64,000 nucleotides of DNA from an uncultured Omnitrophica bacterium (GTDB lineage Bacteria > Omnitrophota > Gorgyraeia > JACQQV01). Below, one piece after another: positions 61,842 to 64,000 of this stretch. A model generated the notes under the pieces. That model made no database searches and was not told the origin of the DNA. It saw only the letters and a list, made by a program, of their open reading frames with translations. Location of the stretch: positions 1,515 through 65,514 of the forward strand of contig CAMTXH010000011.1 in assembly GCA_947085655.1 (NCBI GenBank). The letters are read 5' to 3'. Each line of letters starts with the position of its first letter. The first letter of the stretch is position 1. A program made the translations under genes and the position numbers.

Positions 61842-62825
61842 ATGGAACGGCTCAATATTGCCATTCTCGGAGCGGGCGGACTCGGGAAAAACGCCGCCAA
61901 GATGATCGGAATGAAGAAAGAATTCCGGCTTGTCGGACTCTGCGACAGCCGCGGATTTGCCTTTCAAGCCAAGGGATTGGATACGGAGCGGGTCGCGAAG
62001 GCTCCGGAGGGAAGCACCGTCGGAGAACTTTCTTTCGGCAAACTCTCCAAAGACCCTATCGGGGAACTCTTGAAGCATAAAGACAACATCGACGCAATAT
62101 TTGTAGCACTTCCGAATCTTCCAAATGATTTTATTCCGAAGGTTACCCGCCGAATTTTCACCGAGGGATACGAAGGCGTCTTGGTGGATGTCCTCAAACG
62201 GACCTCCGCGGTGGAGATGCTCTTGAAACTGGACCGGATCGCCAAACGAAAAAAGGCAGTGTATCTCACCGGATGCGGAGCCACCCCCGGACTCCTTTCG
62301 GCGGCGGCGGTCCTTGCGGCGCAATCCTTCACGGAAGTGGAGCATGTGGATATTTACTGGGGGGTCGGGATTCCCAGTTGGGAGGAATACCGCGCCACGA
62401 TCCGGGAGGATATTGCGCATCTCCCAGGTTTCACCGTGAAAAAGGCAAGCGCCCTTTCGGATGAAGAGGTGAACACCCTCCTTGCCGAGCGGGACTGGAA
62501 ACTGGAATTGAAAGAAATGGAACATGCGGATGACATTCTGCTTGAGCGGGTGGGGGTGGTGAAAAAAAGGAGCCAGGTTACGGTGGGCGGGGTGATGGAC
62601 ACCCATTCCGACAAAAAGCCGGTTTCCACCACCATGACGCTGACCGGGACAACGTTCGAGGGAAAACGCTCAAGCCACCGGTTTATCCTCGGCGATGAGA
62701 CAACGATGCCCTGTAACGTGATCGGCCCGGCCCTCGGGTATCTGAAACGGGCGCACTGGCTCAAGAGTCATGGGATCTACGGGATCTTCGGCTCCACCGA
62801 GTTCATGCCGATGGTTGTGCAGTGA
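61842..62825 (+). CDS. NAD(P)-binding Rossmann-fold protein (oxidoreductase-like, family uncertain)
   Basis: 'IAILGAGGLGKNAAKMI' GxGxxG at the N-terminus. AAAGGAGGAAAA SD. Confidence 0.5.
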   Translation: MERLNIAILGAGGLGKNAAKMIGMKKEFRLVGLCDSRGFAFQAKGLDTERVAKAPEGSTVGELSFGKLSKDPIGELLKHKDNIDAIFVALPNLPNDFIPKVTRRIFTEGYEGVLVDVLKRTSAVEMLLKLDRIAKRKKAVYLTGCGATPGLLSAAAVLAAQSFTEVEHVDIYWGVGIPSWEEYRATIREDIAHLPGFTVKKASALSDEEVNTLLAERDWKLELKEMEHADDILLERVGVVKKRSQVTVGGVMDTHSDKKPVSTTMTLTGTTFEGKRSSHRFILGDETTMPCNVIGPALGYLKRAHWLKSHGIYGIFGSTEFMPMVVQ

Positions 62826-63997
62826 CAGTTTCATTTCTCGAAGAAACCCTTACGACATTGAAAGAGGCGGGGCTGCACCGGCGTCTCCGGATCTTGGAAT
62901 CGAGCCCTGCCCCCCGCGCCACGATTGACGGGAGAAGCGTTCTCCTTTTCTCAAGTAATAACACCCTCGGCCTTTCCTGCCACCCGAAGGTGATCGAAGC
63001 GGCGGTGTCGGCAACGCGAGAATACGGCACCGGCGCAGCCGCCTCGCGCCTCATCTCAGGAAACCTCAAACTCTACACTGTCCTTGAGGAAAAGATTGCC
63101 CGGTTGAAAAAGACAGAGGCCGCCGTCATCTTTTCATCGGGCTATGCCACGAATCTCGGAACGATCCAAGCGCTAGCTGAGCCGGGAGACCTGATCCTGA
63201 TCGATAAATTGAATCACGCCTCCATTATCGACGGATGCCGGTTGAGCGGTGCACACCTCAGGACCTACCGGCATAAAAATATGTCGCTTCTTGAATCCCA
63301 TCTCGCAAAATCCGACCCTGCTCGGAAGACACTTGTCATTACCGACGGCATCTTCAGCATGGACGGCGACCTTGCGCCCCTTCCGGAAATCCATGCGCTC
63401 ACCAAGCGATACGGGGCAATGTTAATGGTGGACGATGCCCATGCGACAGGGGTCTGGGGAGAAAAAGGGGAAGGAACGGTTCATGCAGCCAGAATCAACG
63501 ACCGCGAAATCATCCAGATGGGAACATTCAGCAAAGCACTCGGGAGTCTCGGGGGATTTGTGGCTGGTTCAAAATCGCTCATCGATTTTTTGGTGAATGA
63601 GGCACGAAGTCTCATCTATTCGACCGCGCTTCCACCGGGGGTGCTGGCCGCAAGCATCGCCGCGATCAGCGTATTAGAGGAAGAACCGGAAATATTAATC
63701 AACTACAAGAAAAAATTGCAGTTTTTCAAGGAGGGCCTCACACAACTCGGTTACGACCCGATGGGAAGCGAAACCCATATCCTGCCGGTTCGAATCGGCG
63801 AGAATGAGGCGGCAGTCGGTTTTGCCAAGGCCCTTTATGAAGAAGGGCTTTTTGCGCCTGCCATCCGTCCGCCGACCGTTCCAAAGGGAACAGCCCGGAT
63901 CCGCCTGACACCCATGGCGACGCATACCGAGGAGGACTTGGAACAGGCGCTCGATATTCTGAAACGGGTCGGCCGCCGCTTCGGCATCATTCAATGA
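62822..63997 (+). CDS. alpha-oxoamine synthase family PLP enzyme (BioF / KBL / serine-palmitoyltransferase-like)
   Basis: 'FSMDGD' and PLP-Lys 'GTFSKALGSLGGFVAG'. 391 aa. GTG start overlapping the upstream stop. Confidence 0.85.
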   Translation: MTVSFLEETLTTLKEAGLHRRLRILESSPAPRATIDGRSVLLFSSNNTLGLSCHPKVIEAAVSATREYGTGAAASRLISGNLKLYTVLEEKIARLKKTEAAVIFSSGYATNLGTIQALAEPGDLILIDKLNHASIIDGCRLSGAHLRTYRHKNMSLLESHLAKSDPARKTLVITDGIFSMDGDLAPLPEIHALTKRYGAMLMVDDAHATGVWGEKGEGTVHAARINDREIIQMGTFSKALGSLGGFVAGSKSLIDFLVNEARSLIYSTALPPGVLAASIAAISVLEEEPEILINYKKKLQFFKEGLTQLGYDPMGSETHILPVRIGENEAAVGFAKALYEEGLFAPAIRPPTVPKGTARIRLTPMATHTEEDLEQALDILKRVGRRFGIIQ

Positions 63998-64000
63998 TGG

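Noticed and set aside
1-64000. CRISPR arrays, rRNA or tRNA genes
   Set aside because: No regularly spaced direct repeats. No tRNA-like cloverleaf-sized conserved segments or rRNA-like regions were recognised. The intergenic space is small, and what there is has been accounted for by promoters and repeat elements.

Overview
This is a high-GC (about 60%) bacterial chromosomal segment with almost wall-to-wall coding. I recognise no rRNA, tRNA or CRISPR array. Content, left to right:

(i) 1-8.4 kb: a CUT1-type sugar ABC importer (a MalG-like permease plus an unusual solute-binding-protein/permease fusion, with no ATPase), a sodium:solute symporter, a sugar-phosphate isomerase and a DUF294-type nucleotidyltransferase.

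(ii) About 8.4-40.5 kb: a very large, mostly co-directional surface-glycan locus. It contains a Wza-like exporter, a Wzz/GumC-like co-polymerase, a BY-kinase-like ATPase, a Wzx flippase, an O-antigen-ligase/Wzy-like protein, three GT2 and one GT4 glycosyltransferases, three polytopic GT-C (PMT/ArnT-like) transferases, three SAM methyltransferases, two alkaline-phosphatase-superfamily enzymes and a secreted clan-GH-A hydrolase. It also holds an FG-GAP protein, a polyprenol-kinase/epimerase/DUF92/UbiA lipid-carrier module, a PglC-like initiating phosphoglycosyltransferase and TPR proteins. Many of its genes are linked by ATGA/TTGA stop-start overlaps.

(iii) 41.7-48.8 kb: a GH94 glycoside phosphorylase flanked by two ROK-family regulators, a low-GC IS200/RAYT-like HuH transposase island, and a phosphomannomutase.

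(iv) 48.8-60.5 kb: an atypical efflux/envelope module. It comprises an AMIN-TolC-like outer-membrane factor, a membrane-fusion protein, two tandem RND pumps (the first with a C-terminal winged-helix fusion) and a membrane-anchored coiled-coil protein. The coiled-coil protein's novel C-terminal domain is duplicated at the C-terminus of the TolC-like protein.

(v) 60.7-64 kb: a KAS I/II-like ketosynthase, a Rossmann-fold protein and a BioF/SPT-type alpha-oxoamine synthase, with the cluster cut off by the window edge.

A family of short GC-rich TIR/palindromic (MITE-like) elements beginning GGGACGTTT sits exactly on stop codons at three intergenic sites. A second hairpin repeat sharing a 20-mer occurs twice. 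Several textbook sigma70 promoters and two intrinsic-terminator-like hairpins are visible. All functional calls come from motif recognition by eye; no database search was run.
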